IMG/VR virus record: IMGVR_UViG_3300045988_149468
Span: 1 to 64,000 of that record
Source: a virus
DNA: 64,000 bases
Direction: 5' to 3' (one strand)
Shown here: positions 1-8,297 of the stretch, piece after piece
Numbering within the stretch: position 1 is the first letter of the stretch
Layout: every line of letters starts with the position of its first letter
Notes under the pieces: model-generated
What the model was told of the DNA's origin: nothing
Database searches by the model: none
What the model saw: the letters and a program-made list of their open reading frames with translations, nothing else
Translations under genes and position numbers: made by a program

Positions 1-32
1 CTTTTTTTTTGCTTATTTTTATAAATTTACTA

Positions 33-61
33 TTGACAAATTACAAAATAGAAATTATAAT
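33..61 (+). promoter_or_regulatory. sigma-A-type promoter of the antirepressor gene
   Basis: TTGACA at 33-38, a 17-nt spacer, TATAAT at 56-61. The recurrent 17-nt box follows at 65-81. Confidence 0.6.
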
Positions 62-142
62 GTAAATATAATAATTAATAAGACATTAAATTTATCAACT
101 TTAGGATTCGATTATTAAATATAATATAGGAGTTGATTAATA

Positions 143-931
143 ATGAATGAAATAAAAATATTTAAAAGTGAAGAATTTGGTGAAATCAGATGTTGTCTAA
201 TTGATAATGAAATTTGGTTTGTAGGAAGAGATGTAATCAAAGACTTAGGCTATGATTTATCTACTGGAACAAGTTATACTCAATATATTAAAAAATATTG
301 TGATGAAGAAGATATTAAAAATTATAACAAAGAAACTCAAGTGCAATATACACTTGAGTTTGATTATAAAAAATTAGGGCAACGTGGTGGATTATTAATA
401 AATGAATATGCATTATATGATTTGGCTTTAGAATCACCATTGCCAAGTGCAAAAAAATTCAAACGTTGGATAACACATGAAGTAATACCACAAATCAGAA
501 AAACAGGTGGATATATTCCATTAAACAATGAAGATGATGAAGAAACTATTATGGCAAAAGCGTTAATAATAGCAAATAATACAATAAATAAAAAAGATGA
601 ATTAATTAAACAAATACAACCTAAAGCTGATTGGTTTGATGAATTCATGAGTAGTGAAGGATCATACAATTCAACTCAAATAGCAAAATTATTTAAATTA
701 TCATCAGCTCAAAAATTAAATAAACTTTTGAATGAAAATAAAATAATATATAGAAAAGGCAAAAATTGGTTGCCATACGCTGATGTGGATGAATCTTGGT
801 ATAAATTAGTTGTTGGAAATTCAAATGAACATAGTTATTCACAACTTAAATTTACACCTAAAGGGGTATATGAAATTAGCAAAACCTTAGAAATAAATTT
901 TACTGAAGAAGACTTAAAAGAACTAGCATAG
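143..931 (+). CDS. phage antirepressor (BRO-N domain plus KilA-C/ANT-like C-terminal domain)
   Basis: The N-terminus 'IKIFKSEEFGEIRCCLIDNEIWFVGRDVIKDLGY' is a typical Bro-N signature. The C-terminal 'PKADWFDEFMSSEGSYNSTQIAKLF' resembles antirepressor C-domains. An AGGAG RBS lies upstream. Confidence 0.8.
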   Translation: MNEIKIFKSEEFGEIRCCLIDNEIWFVGRDVIKDLGYDLSTGTSYTQYIKKYCDEEDIKNYNKETQVQYTLEFDYKKLGQRGGLLINEYALYDLALESPLPSAKKFKRWITHEVIPQIRKTGGYIPLNNEDDEETIMAKALIIANNTINKKDELIKQIQPKADWFDEFMSSEGSYNSTQIAKLFKLSSAQKLNKLLNENKIIYRKGKNWLPYADVDESWYKLVVGNSNEHSYSQLKFTPKGVYEISKTLEINFTEEDLKELA

Positions 932-957
932 AAATAATTTGAATATATTAATTAATA

Positions 958-992
958 ATACTATCTTTTTTAGGTGGTATTATTTTTTTATT
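958..992 (+). terminator. rho-independent terminator after the antirepressor gene
   Basis: The stem ATACTATC/GGTGGTAT (with G-U pairs) is followed by a T-run. A box copy at 942-958 precedes it. Confidence 0.55.
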
Positions 993-1096
993 TAAAATAC
1001 ATAAAAATACAAAATAATTTTAAAATTAATGTTGAAATATTAATCAATATGTGTTATTATTTAAATATAGAAATTAATAAAAGGGGATGATTTAAA

Positions 1097-1201
1097 ATGA
1101 AATTAACATTAAATCAATTAAAGGTAGTAGCTGAAAAATATCCGACAATGACAATTCTTCAATTTGTAGAATATGTAAAACAAGGAAAAATAAATTTATA
1201 A
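1097..1201 (+). CDS. small hypothetical protein (34 aa, below the ORF-track cut-off)
   Basis: ATG lies 9 nt after an AAGGGGA RBS, which directly follows the box at 1064-1080. The translation is MKLTLNQLKVVAEKYPTMTILQFVEYVKQGKINL. Confidence 0.35.
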   Translation: MKLTLNQLKVVAEKYPTMTILQFVEYVKQGKINL

Positions 1202-1208
1202 TTAAGTA

Positions 1209-1237
1209 TTGACAAAATTTGGTTATGAGTATATAAT
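1209..1237 (+). promoter_or_regulatory. sigma-A-type promoter driving tnpB copy 1
   Basis: TTGACA at 1209-1214, a 17-nt spacer, TATAAT at 1232-1237, then the box at 1241-1257 and a GGAGG RBS. Confidence 0.6.
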
Positions 1238-1272
1238 AAAAATATAAAAATTAATAAAGGAGGTGATAGAAG

Positions 1273-2415
1273 ATGATTAGAAGTTATAAAGTAAGATTAG
1301 AACCAACAAAGGAACAAATAGAAATGTTATTTAAAACTGCTGGTTGTTCTAGATTTGTATATAATTGGTGTTTAGCATTTCAAAAGGAAAGATATGAACA
1401 AGGTGAAAAATTTGTTAGTGCAATGGGAATGAGTAAATATTTAACAGCACTTAAAAAACAAGATGATTATAGTTGGTTAAAAGAAGTTGATAGCATAGCA
1501 CTTGTTGGAGCATATACAGATGCCTGTACATCATTTAAAAACTTTTTCCAGGGACTTAAAAAGGGTCAAAAGGTTGGATATCCTAAATTTAAATCCAAAA
1601 AACATTCAAAACCTGCATTTATGCCTAATTATCAAAATATTAAATTTAACGAAAATCAAGTTAAACTGCCAAAAGTGGGGATAGTTAAATTAAGCAGAAA
1701 AAACTATATACCAATAGTAAAAAAATACAGCAATCCAAGAGTTACCTTTGATGGACTTAATTGGTATATATCAGTAGGAGTTGAAGAAGCTGAAAATATT
1801 AGTTTAGAACTTAATGGAACAATAGGAGTTGATCTTGGATTAAAAGATACAGCTATACTTAGCACAGGAAAGAAATATAAAAATATTAATAAAACTGCTC
1901 ATGTAAAGAGAATAGAAAAAAGACTTAAAAAGCTACAAAGACAAGTAAGCAGAAAATACGAACAAAATAAACAAGGAAAACAATATATTAAAACAAATAA
2001 TATAATAAAACTTGAAAAAAATATAAATAAACTACACAAAAGACTTGCTAATATCAGAAATAACTATAATCATAATATAACTGCTGATATAGTAAATATG
2101 AACCCTCAAAGAATAGTAATAGAAGATCTAAACATTAAAGGCATGATGAAAAATAAACATCTATCTAATGCAATAGGAAAACAAGGGTTATATGAAATAA
2201 CTAGACAACTTGAATATAAATGTAAATTTAAAGGAATTGAATTAATAAAAGCAGATAGATTTTTCCCAAGTAGCAAAACTTGTTCTAATTGTGGACATAT
2301 TAAAAAAGACTTAAAATTAAGTGATAGAATATATATTTGTCCTGAATGTGGTACTGTAATTGATAGAGATTTAAATGCATCTATTAACTTAGCAAATTAT
2401 AAAACTGAACAATAA
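1273..2415 (+). CDS. tnpB: TnpB (IS200/IS605-family OrfB, RNA-guided nuclease), with no TnpA partner
   Basis: RuvC motifs 'IGVDLGLKD', 'VIEDLNIKGM' and 'IDRDLNASINL' are present. The zinc ribbon is 'CSNCGHI...CPECG'. The N-terminus 'YKVRLEPTKEQ' is typical of OrfB_IS605. Confidence 0.9.
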   Translation: MIRSYKVRLEPTKEQIEMLFKTAGCSRFVYNWCLAFQKERYEQGEKFVSAMGMSKYLTALKKQDDYSWLKEVDSIALVGAYTDACTSFKNFFQGLKKGQKVGYPKFKSKKHSKPAFMPNYQNIKFNENQVKLPKVGIVKLSRKNYIPIVKKYSNPRVTFDGLNWYISVGVEEAENISLELNGTIGVDLGLKDTAILSTGKKYKNINKTAHVKRIEKRLKKLQRQVSRKYEQNKQGKQYIKTNNIIKLEKNINKLHKRLANIRNNYNHNITADIVNMNPQRIVIEDLNIKGMMKNKHLSNAIGKQGLYEITRQLEYKCKFKGIELIKADRFFPSSKTCSNCGHIKKDLKLSDRIYICPECGTVIDRDLNASINLANYKTEQ

Positions 2416-2573
2416 TCATTAGCAAGATTAGTTCGGTATGTAGGGAGGTTTAACCCCGACTTTATGCTCTTGGAGAATTACACCAACCCAAGTAGCTTAG
2501 GCAAAAGGGAATTCGATGAAGAGAGAACCTTGTTTAATTGGAATATATTCTGTTATACAAGGATTAAAACAGG
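2340..2573 (+). ncRNA. candidate omega (re)RNA scaffold of tnpB copy 1
   Basis: A G+C-richer, hairpin-rich 3' tail runs from the end of tnpB to the terminator (e.g. GGGAGGTTTAACCCC). The position matches known TnpB guide RNAs. Ends and guide are not defined. Confidence 0.4.
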
Positions 2574-2600
2574 ACTTGGATAAACTTTCAAGTCTTTTTT
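2574..2600 (+). terminator. rho-independent terminator
   Basis: The stem GACTTG/CAAGTC is followed by TTTTTT. Confidence 0.6.
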
Positions 2601-2705
2601 AATGTAACTTTTTCATAAACTTTTTTCACTTTAATAAAATAGAGAAACTTTTCTGAATTAATAAAAACTATAAAAATTTGATAAACTTTCAAGTCTTTTT
2701 TTATT
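2579..2705 (+). promoter_or_regulatory. array of GA(T/G)AAACTTT operator-like repeats (left of the AP2 gene)
   Basis: Copies start at about 2579, 2624 (CATAAACTTTT), 2642 and 2680. The last lies just upstream of the TTGACA at about 2720. Confidence 0.45.
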
Positions 2706-2781
2706 TTAAAAATATTTTCTTGACAAGTATTATTTTATGTGTTAAAATGTAAATATAATAATTAATAAGAGGTGGTAAAAA

Positions 2782-3540
2782 ATGAAAAATAGAACAGGTG
2801 AAATTAATTATAATAATTTTGGTAGTAAAATGATAATAAAAGAATATAGAAAATATTCAGATGTTGATATTTATTTTCCTAAGTATAATTGGACTGCTGA
2901 GAGTGTGCAATATAATAAATTTAAAAGTGGTGAAATAAAATGTCCTTACGAACCAAGAGTTTATAATCATGGATATGTTGGAGAAGGAAAATATAATTAT
3001 AAAGAACATAAAAGGCATTATACTACTTGGAAGAATATGTTAAAAAGATGTTATGACCCTAAATTTCATAAAAATAATTCAAGTTATATAAAATGTGAAG
3101 TTTTTAAGGATTGGTTGAATTTTCAAAATTTCGCCAAATGGTATGATGATAATTTTTATCAACTAGAAAATGAAGTTATGCATTTAGATAAAGATATTTT
3201 GTATAAACATAATAAAATTTATTCACCAAAAACATGTATTTTTGCTCCACAAAATATTAATATATTATTTATTAAATCTGAGAAAAGCAGAGGGGATGCA
3301 CCAATTGGAGTTTATTGGGATAAAATTAAAAATGTTTTCATAGCAAAAGGAACTATATTTGAAAATGGCAAAAGTAAAACTGTACACCTAGGTAGATATA
3401 ATAATTCTAATGATGCTTTTCAATCTTATAAAAATTTCAAAGAAAATCATTTAAAAGAAATCGCAAACTTATACAAAGATAGAATACCACAAAAATTATA
3501 TAATGCTTTAATAAATTATAAAGTAGAAATTACAGATTAA
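2782..3540 (+). CDS. AP2-domain DNA-binding protein (homing-endonuclease-associated type)
   Basis: The C-terminal 'PIGVYWDKIKNVFIAKGTIFENGKSKTVHLGRYNNSNDAFQSY' fits the AP2/ERF-like fold signature. It has its own promoter, box (2752-2768) and RBS. Confidence 0.55.
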   Translation: MKNRTGEINYNNFGSKMIIKEYRKYSDVDIYFPKYNWTAESVQYNKFKSGEIKCPYEPRVYNHGYVGEGKYNYKEHKRHYTTWKNMLKRCYDPKFHKNNSSYIKCEVFKDWLNFQNFAKWYDDNFYQLENEVMHLDKDILYKHNKIYSPKTCIFAPQNINILFIKSEKSRGDAPIGVYWDKIKNVFIAKGTIFENGKSKTVHLGRYNNSNDAFQSYKNFKENHLKEIANLYKDRIPQKLYNALINYKVEITD

Positions 3541-3623
3541 CTACCTAATTAGGTAGTTATTTTTTATATATCAATTTAATAAATTATAGAAAAATTTTTC
3601 ATTTGATATATAAAAAATAAACT

Positions 3624-3818
3624 GTAAACTTTCGTCATGTTAGCATTTTGATAAAAATTCTTTAATTGATCCAAAATGATAAACTTTTTTGAAGTTAATA
3701 AAATAGAGAAACTTTTGATAAACTTTTTATGATTCCAATTACAAGAAAATTTTTTCACCTTCTTTTATTAATAAAAAGCATAAAAATTTTTTAATAAATT
3801 TGATAAACTTTTCTTGAC
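3624..3818 (+). promoter_or_regulatory. second array of GA(T/G)AAACTTT repeats (right of the AP2 gene)
   Basis: Copies start at about 3624, 3678, 3706, 3717 and 3802; the last overlaps the -35 TTGACT. The 22-nt string TTAATAAAATAGAGAAACTTTT is identical at 2631-2652 and 3695-3716. Confidence 0.45.
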
Positions 3819-3881
3819 TTATTTCATTAATCAATATATAATATAAATATAAAAGTTAATAAATAAGTTGGAGGTGTAAAA

Positions 3882-4136
3882 ATGAAAGAATGTACAGGAT
3901 ATTATCAATATAAAGGATTCTTAATAAATTTTAGTGATTATATGCAAACTTGGAGTTTAGAACCAAACTATTTAAATTTAGATGATAATGATATTTTAAA
4001 TTTTGTAATAGAATATAATAATTCATATTCACCACGATTCAAGACCATTAATAAAGCTAAAAAATACATTAAAGAAAATGAAAAAGAATTAAAAACTGAG
4101 ATTGAAAAATTATTAAAAGATTATTTAGATAAATAA
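3882..4136 (+). CDS. hypothetical protein
   Basis: It has its own promoter, a box variant at 3846-3862 and a GGAGG RBS. I recognise no domain. Confidence 0.55.
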   Translation: MKECTGYYQYKGFLINFSDYMQTWSLEPNYLNLDDNDILNFVIEYNNSYSPRFKTINKAKKYIKENEKELKTEIEKLLKDYLDK

Positions 4137-4200
4137 TTATAAAGGTTTGAGGTGATCCTTTAAAACCTCACAAAATATACTTTAAAAGGGGAGTTAGAAA

Positions 4201-4491
4201 ATGAAAGATGTAAAAGTTTTATTAAATGTTAATGTTACTGGAGGTAATTATATTCATGTAGGATTAAGCAAAGGTTATGCTGTTATGATTGATGATTTTA
4301 GCGAAGAGTGTAATTGTATGATTATAAAATATGATAAAAAATATTTTGATGAAGATGCTTTTTTGGATTTTATAATTTGGAATCAATGGAAAACTGAAAA
4401 AATATTTAATTTCCATATTGATTTTGAAAATACAACAGAGGATCAAATGAAAGTGTATACAGAACGTGCATTAAAACATATAGGATTATAA
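4201..4491 (+). CDS. hypothetical protein
   Basis: It has a GGGGAG RBS and is co-oriented with the 3882 gene. I recognise no domain. Confidence 0.55.
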   Translation: MKDVKVLLNVNVTGGNYIHVGLSKGYAVMIDDFSEECNCMIIKYDKKYFDEDAFLDFIIWNQWKTEKIFNFHIDFENTTEDQMKVYTERALKHIGL

Positions 4492-4500
4492 GGGAACGTA

Positions 4501-4531
4501 AAGGAAGTTTAGAAATAGACTTCCTTTTTTA
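4501..4531 (+). terminator. rho-independent terminator
   Basis: The stem AAGGAAGT/ACTTCCTT is followed by a T-run. Confidence 0.65.
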
Positions 4532-4766
4532 TTGTTATATTATATAGGCATACGGGGAACGTACAAAATATTTTTCCAGAAGTTGAAATTTTTATTTTTG
4601 ATTTTTTAGGATAAAAAGTTTTAAAATTTTGAGTTAGTTCTGGAAACCAAAAATAAAAAGTTAACTGATTAAAAATTATTTTTACATTTATTAATATTTT
4701 GTTGCATTAATTATTATAAGATGTTATAATATAAGTATAATAATTAATAAATGGAGGTATTACAAA

Positions 4767-5126
4767 ATGAATAAAAAAGAAAAATCAATATTATTAAATA
4801 CTTATAAAGAAGAATATACATTATTAAAAAATGGATTCGATTATAAAATGGATTCTATTAGAACTTTTAAACATTTACTTGATCAATTAGGATTAAATAA
4901 CGATAGAATAGAAATAGAAAATAATATCTATTTTGAAATTAATAATATTAAGGGTATGGTAAAAGCAGGTTACGAACGATTAATCGAAATAATAGCAAAA
5001 TACAATAATGATAATATAGTTAATATAGAGGATATAGAAGAAATATTATTTTCTATAGAATTTGAATTAACTGAAGAACATAAAAAGAATATAGAAGCCT
5101 GTTATAAACTAATAAATGAAGAATAA
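4767..5126 (+). CDS. hypothetical protein
   Basis: A promoter (TTGCAT...TATAAT), the box at 4734-4750 and a GGAGG RBS precede it. Confidence 0.55.
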   Translation: MNKKEKSILLNTYKEEYTLLKNGFDYKMDSIRTFKHLLDQLGLNNDRIEIENNIYFEINNIKGMVKAGYERLIEIIAKYNNDNIVNIEDIEEILFSIEFELTEEHKKNIEACYKLINEE

Positions 5127-5135
5127 TAATTATTA

Positions 5136-5167
5136 AGTACTTGGATTAAATTCCAAGTACTTTTTTA
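5136..5167 (+). terminator. rho-independent terminator
   Basis: The stem AGTACTTGGA/TCCAAGTACT is followed by TTTTTT. Confidence 0.7.
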
Positions 5168-5410
5168 TTGACTTATTCCAGTAGATCAACTTTTAAATTT
5201 TAATCTAATAACTATAATAAAAATGACCTTCTATATTCGATTTTAAAGGCATTGTAAAAAGTTTATTGATAGTTTATACCTTTAATCTTTAGAATTGATT
5301 TAAGAGGATATAAAAATAAATATAAAAAGTTTTATATTTTTATTGTATTATATTAATTAATGTAGTATAATATAAATATAAAAATTAATAAATAATTAGG
5401 AGGCAATAAG

Positions 5411-5707
5411 ATGAATAATATAAACATTCAAATATTAAGAAATATAAATTTAGGAGGTAATTTTTTAACTAACGCCGTATTATATAAAGGATATTTATTT
5501 ATAACAGATAACGAAATATTATTTGAAGAAAATTTAAATGTAATAAAAGATTATCCATACAATACTTTGGAAGAAAAACAATATAATAATTTTATGACTA
5601 ATGTTGATTATGTAATTATTAAAAGTTTTCATAAAGATTATGAATTTAATAAATTAACTGATGAGGACTTAATCCAATATACTATGGATGCATATAAAGA
5701 ATTATAA
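5411..5707 (+). CDS. hypothetical protein
   Basis: A promoter, the box at 5375-5391 and an AGGAGG RBS precede it. Confidence 0.55.
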   Translation: MNNINIQILRNINLGGNFLTNAVLYKGYLFITDNEILFEENLNVIKDYPYNTLEEKQYNNFMTNVDYVIIKSFHKDYEFNKLTDEDLIQYTMDAYKEL

Positions 5708-5727
5708 AAATATATTGTAATGCTTAC

Positions 5728-5755
5728 AGACTAGATTTTTCTCTAGTCTTTTTTA
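5728..5755 (+). terminator. rho-independent terminator
   Basis: The stem AGACTAGA/TCTAGTCT is followed by a T-run. Confidence 0.65.
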
Positions 5756-5885
5756 TTGCCTAATTTTATGATCCTTTAATAAAATCATATTTTTATATTT
5801 TACAACTAATTAATATTTTTAAATAAATTTATTTTGACCTTCTAATTGCCAATTTAAAGAGTTTTATTTTCTTCTTAATATATTT

Positions 5886-6010
5886 ATACCTTTAATTCGT
5901 GAACTACTCACGAGCTAAGCTCGTTGGCTTCCTAGGTAAGGTTACTATTGTAACTAATTTACTAGGCTCAAAAGATTGTTCCAATCTCTTATTTTTTTAT
6001 TATTGTAATA
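5886..6010 (-). ncRNA. candidate omega RNA and guide of the IS1341-like element
   Basis: In the minus-strand sense, structured sequence follows the tnpB stop (GTTAC-AATA-GTAAC and ACGAGC-TTA-GCTCGT hairpins). It ends at the inferred right end; the next ~20 nt of flank would be the guide. Confidence 0.45.
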
Positions 6011-7215
6011 TTCTCAATCCTTCATGTAATATATTTATACTTGCATTTATATCTCTATCATGATGCTTGCCACAATATGGACAAGTGAACTCTCTTATGT
6101 CTAATGGTTTTTTGCCTGTATTTTCACCACAATTAGAACATATTTGACTAGAAGGATAATATTTATCTACAAAAGAAATTGTTCTTCCATACCATTTAGC
6201 CTTATATTCTAATTGTCTTCTAAATTCATACCATCCTACATCTGATGCAGATTGAGATAAATATTTATTTTGTTGAATTTCTTTTACTTGTAAATCTTCC
6301 AAACATATTACTTGGTTTTCGTTTATAAGTTCAGAAGTTAATTTATGTAAAAAATCTTTTCTTTGATTAGCTATTTTTTCATGTAGTTTAGCAACTTTTA
6401 TTCTTTGTTTATTTCTGTTTTTACTACCTTTTTTCTTCCTAGATAACTTTATTTGTTCTTTAGCTAATTTATTTAATGATTTTTTCAAATATCTAGGATT
6501 AGGATATTTTATACCATCTGAAGTTATTGCAAAATCAGTTAATCCTAAATCTATACCAACTGCGAATTTACTTTTAGGTAACTGTTTTATTTCTTGATCC
6601 ACTAATATAGAAATATAATATTTATTATCAGGATTTTTAGATATTGTAGCTGATTTAATTATTCCATCTTTAGGTATTTGTCTATGTAATTTAATTCTAA
6701 CTAATGTTTTTAATTTTGGTAACTTAATATACTTGTCATCTATTATTTTTATTGTTTGTGTTTTTTGATTGTTATTTGTTGTATAATTATAATGATTATT
6801 CTTTTTAGATTTAAATTTAGGAAATCCGACTGATTTATCTCTAAAGAAATTTTTATATGCTTTGTCTAAATTCATTTGAGCATTAGCTAATGCTAAACTA
6901 TCCACTTCTTTTAACCATTGATATTCTTTTTTATACTGCGCAGGAGTATTATTTAACATTTTATTGTTTTCTTTATAATACTCTATTTTATCGTTTAACA
7001 TTTTGTTATATATAAATCTAACACTACCAAAACATTTAGAAAAATATATCTTTTGTTCTTTATTTGGATATAGTCTATATTTATATGCTTTTAACATTTT
7101 ATCACCTCCTTATACTATATAGTATTTCCATTTTAAGGTAAAAATAAACCTATTTTAACTATATTAAAAAGATAATAAAACGCCTTACAATGGAAATATA
7201 AAGGGATTTTTAATA
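5906..7215 (-). mobile_element. TnpB-only IS200/IS605-family (IS1341-like) insertion
   Basis: It has tnpB plus a subterminal hairpin at the right end (ACGAGC-TTA-GCTCGT). The right-end boundary at 5905/5906 comes from comparison with an uninterrupted paralogous sequence at about 5225-5290. The left-end boundary (about 7200-7215) is uncertain. A long-range inverted repeat, TATTTCCATT(T/G)TAAGG, lies at about 7121 and about 7185. Confidence 0.6.
6000..7097 (-). CDS. tnpB: TnpB (IS200/IS605-family OrfB), from a different lineage than the other two copies
   Basis: 'YKYRLYPNKEQ', 'VGIDLGLTDF', 'ICLEDLQVKEI' and 'CSNCGE...CPYCGKHHDRDINASINI' are present. Confidence 0.9.
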   Translation of the reverse strand: MLKAYKYRLYPNKEQKIYFSKCFGSVRFIYNKMLNDKIEYYKENNKMLNNTPAQYKKEYQWLKEVDSLALANAQMNLDKAYKNFFRDKSVGFPKFKSKKNNHYNYTTNNNQKTQTIKIIDDKYIKLPKLKTLVRIKLHRQIPKDGIIKSATISKNPDNKYYISILVDQEIKQLPKSKFAVGIDLGLTDFAITSDGIKYPNPRYLKKSLNKLAKEQIKLSRKKKGSKNRNKQRIKVAKLHEKIANQRKDFLHKLTSELINENQVICLEDLQVKEIQQNKYLSQSASDVGWYEFRRQLEYKAKWYGRTISFVDKYYPSSQICSNCGENTGKKPLDIREFTCPYCGKHHDRDINASINILHEGLRILQ

Positions 7216-7300
7216 ACAGATTGAAATATTAAATTAGTTGATCTATTTATTTTTAGGCAATAAAAAAAGAAGGATTAATATTAATCCTTCTATCTGTAAA

Positions 7301-7678
7301 TTAATCGATATAATATTCAACTTCAAAATTATAATAATTTATTAAATTGTTTATTTCTTGTTTTTGTTCATAAGTCAATTTTTGCTTTTTATCTATCATT
7401 AATATATTAGACTCAGGAACAACTCTCACTATTTGATAATTACATTGTAACTTTCCGAATGCATTATTATCATATACATTTATTCTAGTTGCTCCAAATA
7501 TAACTCTATGATCTTGGCATCTGCATCCATAATCACAAATTGTATTAAGGTATTGCCCTGTAGGTAATAAATAAAAACTTGAATTTCCTAAATATTCATC
7601 AGATACAGTGTTTTCTAACTCTTCTAATTTTTCATATCTTTTCACTAGATTATTTATATTTCTTTTCATTTCTAACAA
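7301..7678 (-). CDS. hypothetical protein (Cys/His-rich core 'CDYGCRCQDH')
   Basis: An RBS and a box copy (7690-7706, reverse complement) lie upstream. Confidence 0.55.
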   Translation of the reverse strand: MLEMKRNINNLVKRYEKLEELENTVSDEYLGNSSFYLLPTGQYLNTICDYGCRCQDHRVIFGATRINVYDNNAFGKLQCNYQIVRVVPESNILMIDKKQKLTYEQKQEINNLINYYNFEVEYYID

Positions 7679-7735
7679 CTCCTTTATATTTATTAATTTA
7701 TATACTTATATTATATATTAATTAATGTAATATTT

Positions 7736-7967
7736 CAATAGTTTATTTTGTATTTTTTATGTTTTTTTAGTACATTATAAATACAATTTAAGCATATTAA
7801 AAATACTTTGATATTTCAATTTTAAGGACTTGTTATATTTGCATGATTAATTATATTATTATATTTATAGAAGCTTTCAAAATGTTAATAAGAAGGTGAA
7901 TAATAAAGGATCAATTTTATTTTACAATAAAAAAAGAAGTTAGAAATTAATCTAACCTCTTTATAAT
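7736..7967. repeat. intergenic promoter/terminator module, copy 1 of a ~235-bp direct repeat
   Basis: It aligns by eye over most of its length with 8298-8550. Both start CAATAGTTTATTTTGTATTTTTTATG and end with a hairpin plus CCTCTTTATAAT. Confidence 0.7.
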
Positions 7968-7970
7968 TCA

Positions 7971-8231
7971 TTATTTAAATAATTCATCCCATTCTTCAGC
8001 AAATTCTAAATCACTTTCATATTCTTCTAAATATTCTTTTAGTTGTTCAACTGTTTCTATATAAGGATTATTTATCCATTCATTTATTATGTCTAAACCT
8101 TTTTCAGTTATTTTTAAATCGTTCTTTTCTTCAGCTAAACCTCTATTAATTATATATTCTTTTGTATTATTTTCTATTTCTGTTTTACCTTCTTTTAACA
8201 TTATTAATGATTTTATTATTTGTTCATTCAT
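7971..8231 (-). CDS. hypothetical acidic protein
   Basis: It is bracketed by the two ~235-bp repeat copies. A box copy lies at 8252-8268. Confidence 0.55.
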   Translation of the reverse strand: MNEQIIKSLIMLKEGKTEIENNTKEYIINRGLAEEKNDLKITEKGLDIINEWINNPYIETVEQLKEYLEEYESDLEFAEEWDELFK

Positions 8232-8297
8232 TTTCTTTTTTCTCCTTTTCTTTATTAATTATTATATTTAAATGATAGCAAATTTAAAAATAAATTT

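Noticed and set aside
364-669. Antisense or overlapping ORFs inside longer genes. They are 364..669(-), 1502..1684(+), 4264..4446(-), 8089..8271(+), 9406..9651(+), 19108..19320(-), 22952..23143(-) and 23450..23743(-). Also 27703..27888(-), 30379..30645(-), 32843..33055(-), 33617..33817(-), 35009..35245(-), 35812..36024(-), 41631..41834(-) and 42418..42747(-). Also 43790..44296(-), 44399..44611(-), 45218..45409(-), 47386..47613(-), 50516..51706(-, several), 52444..52704(-) and 56212..56583(-). Finally 57596..57811(-), 60049..60285(-), 60601..60876(-), 62590..62913(-) and 63442..63666(-).
   Set aside because: None has an RBS or promoter. Their translations are Leu/Ile/Phe/Ser-rich low-complexity, typical of the reverse strand of AT-rich coding sequence. 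Each lies wholly within a gene that has clear motifs or operon context.
1000-2600. IStron architecture (a group I intron fused to the IS605-type tnpB unit) at the three tnpB loci
   Set aside because: None of the group I core strings (ACGACTA, ATAGTC, CCTAAGT) lies next to any tnpB. Copies 1 and 3 are preceded by ordinary promoters, and the introns in the window carry no tnpB.
3576-3758. A 60-aa minus-strand ORF between the AP2 gene and the next cassette (similarly 17756..17941)
   Set aside because: It overlaps the GATAAACTTT repeat and promoter region, has no RBS and gives a low-complexity translation.
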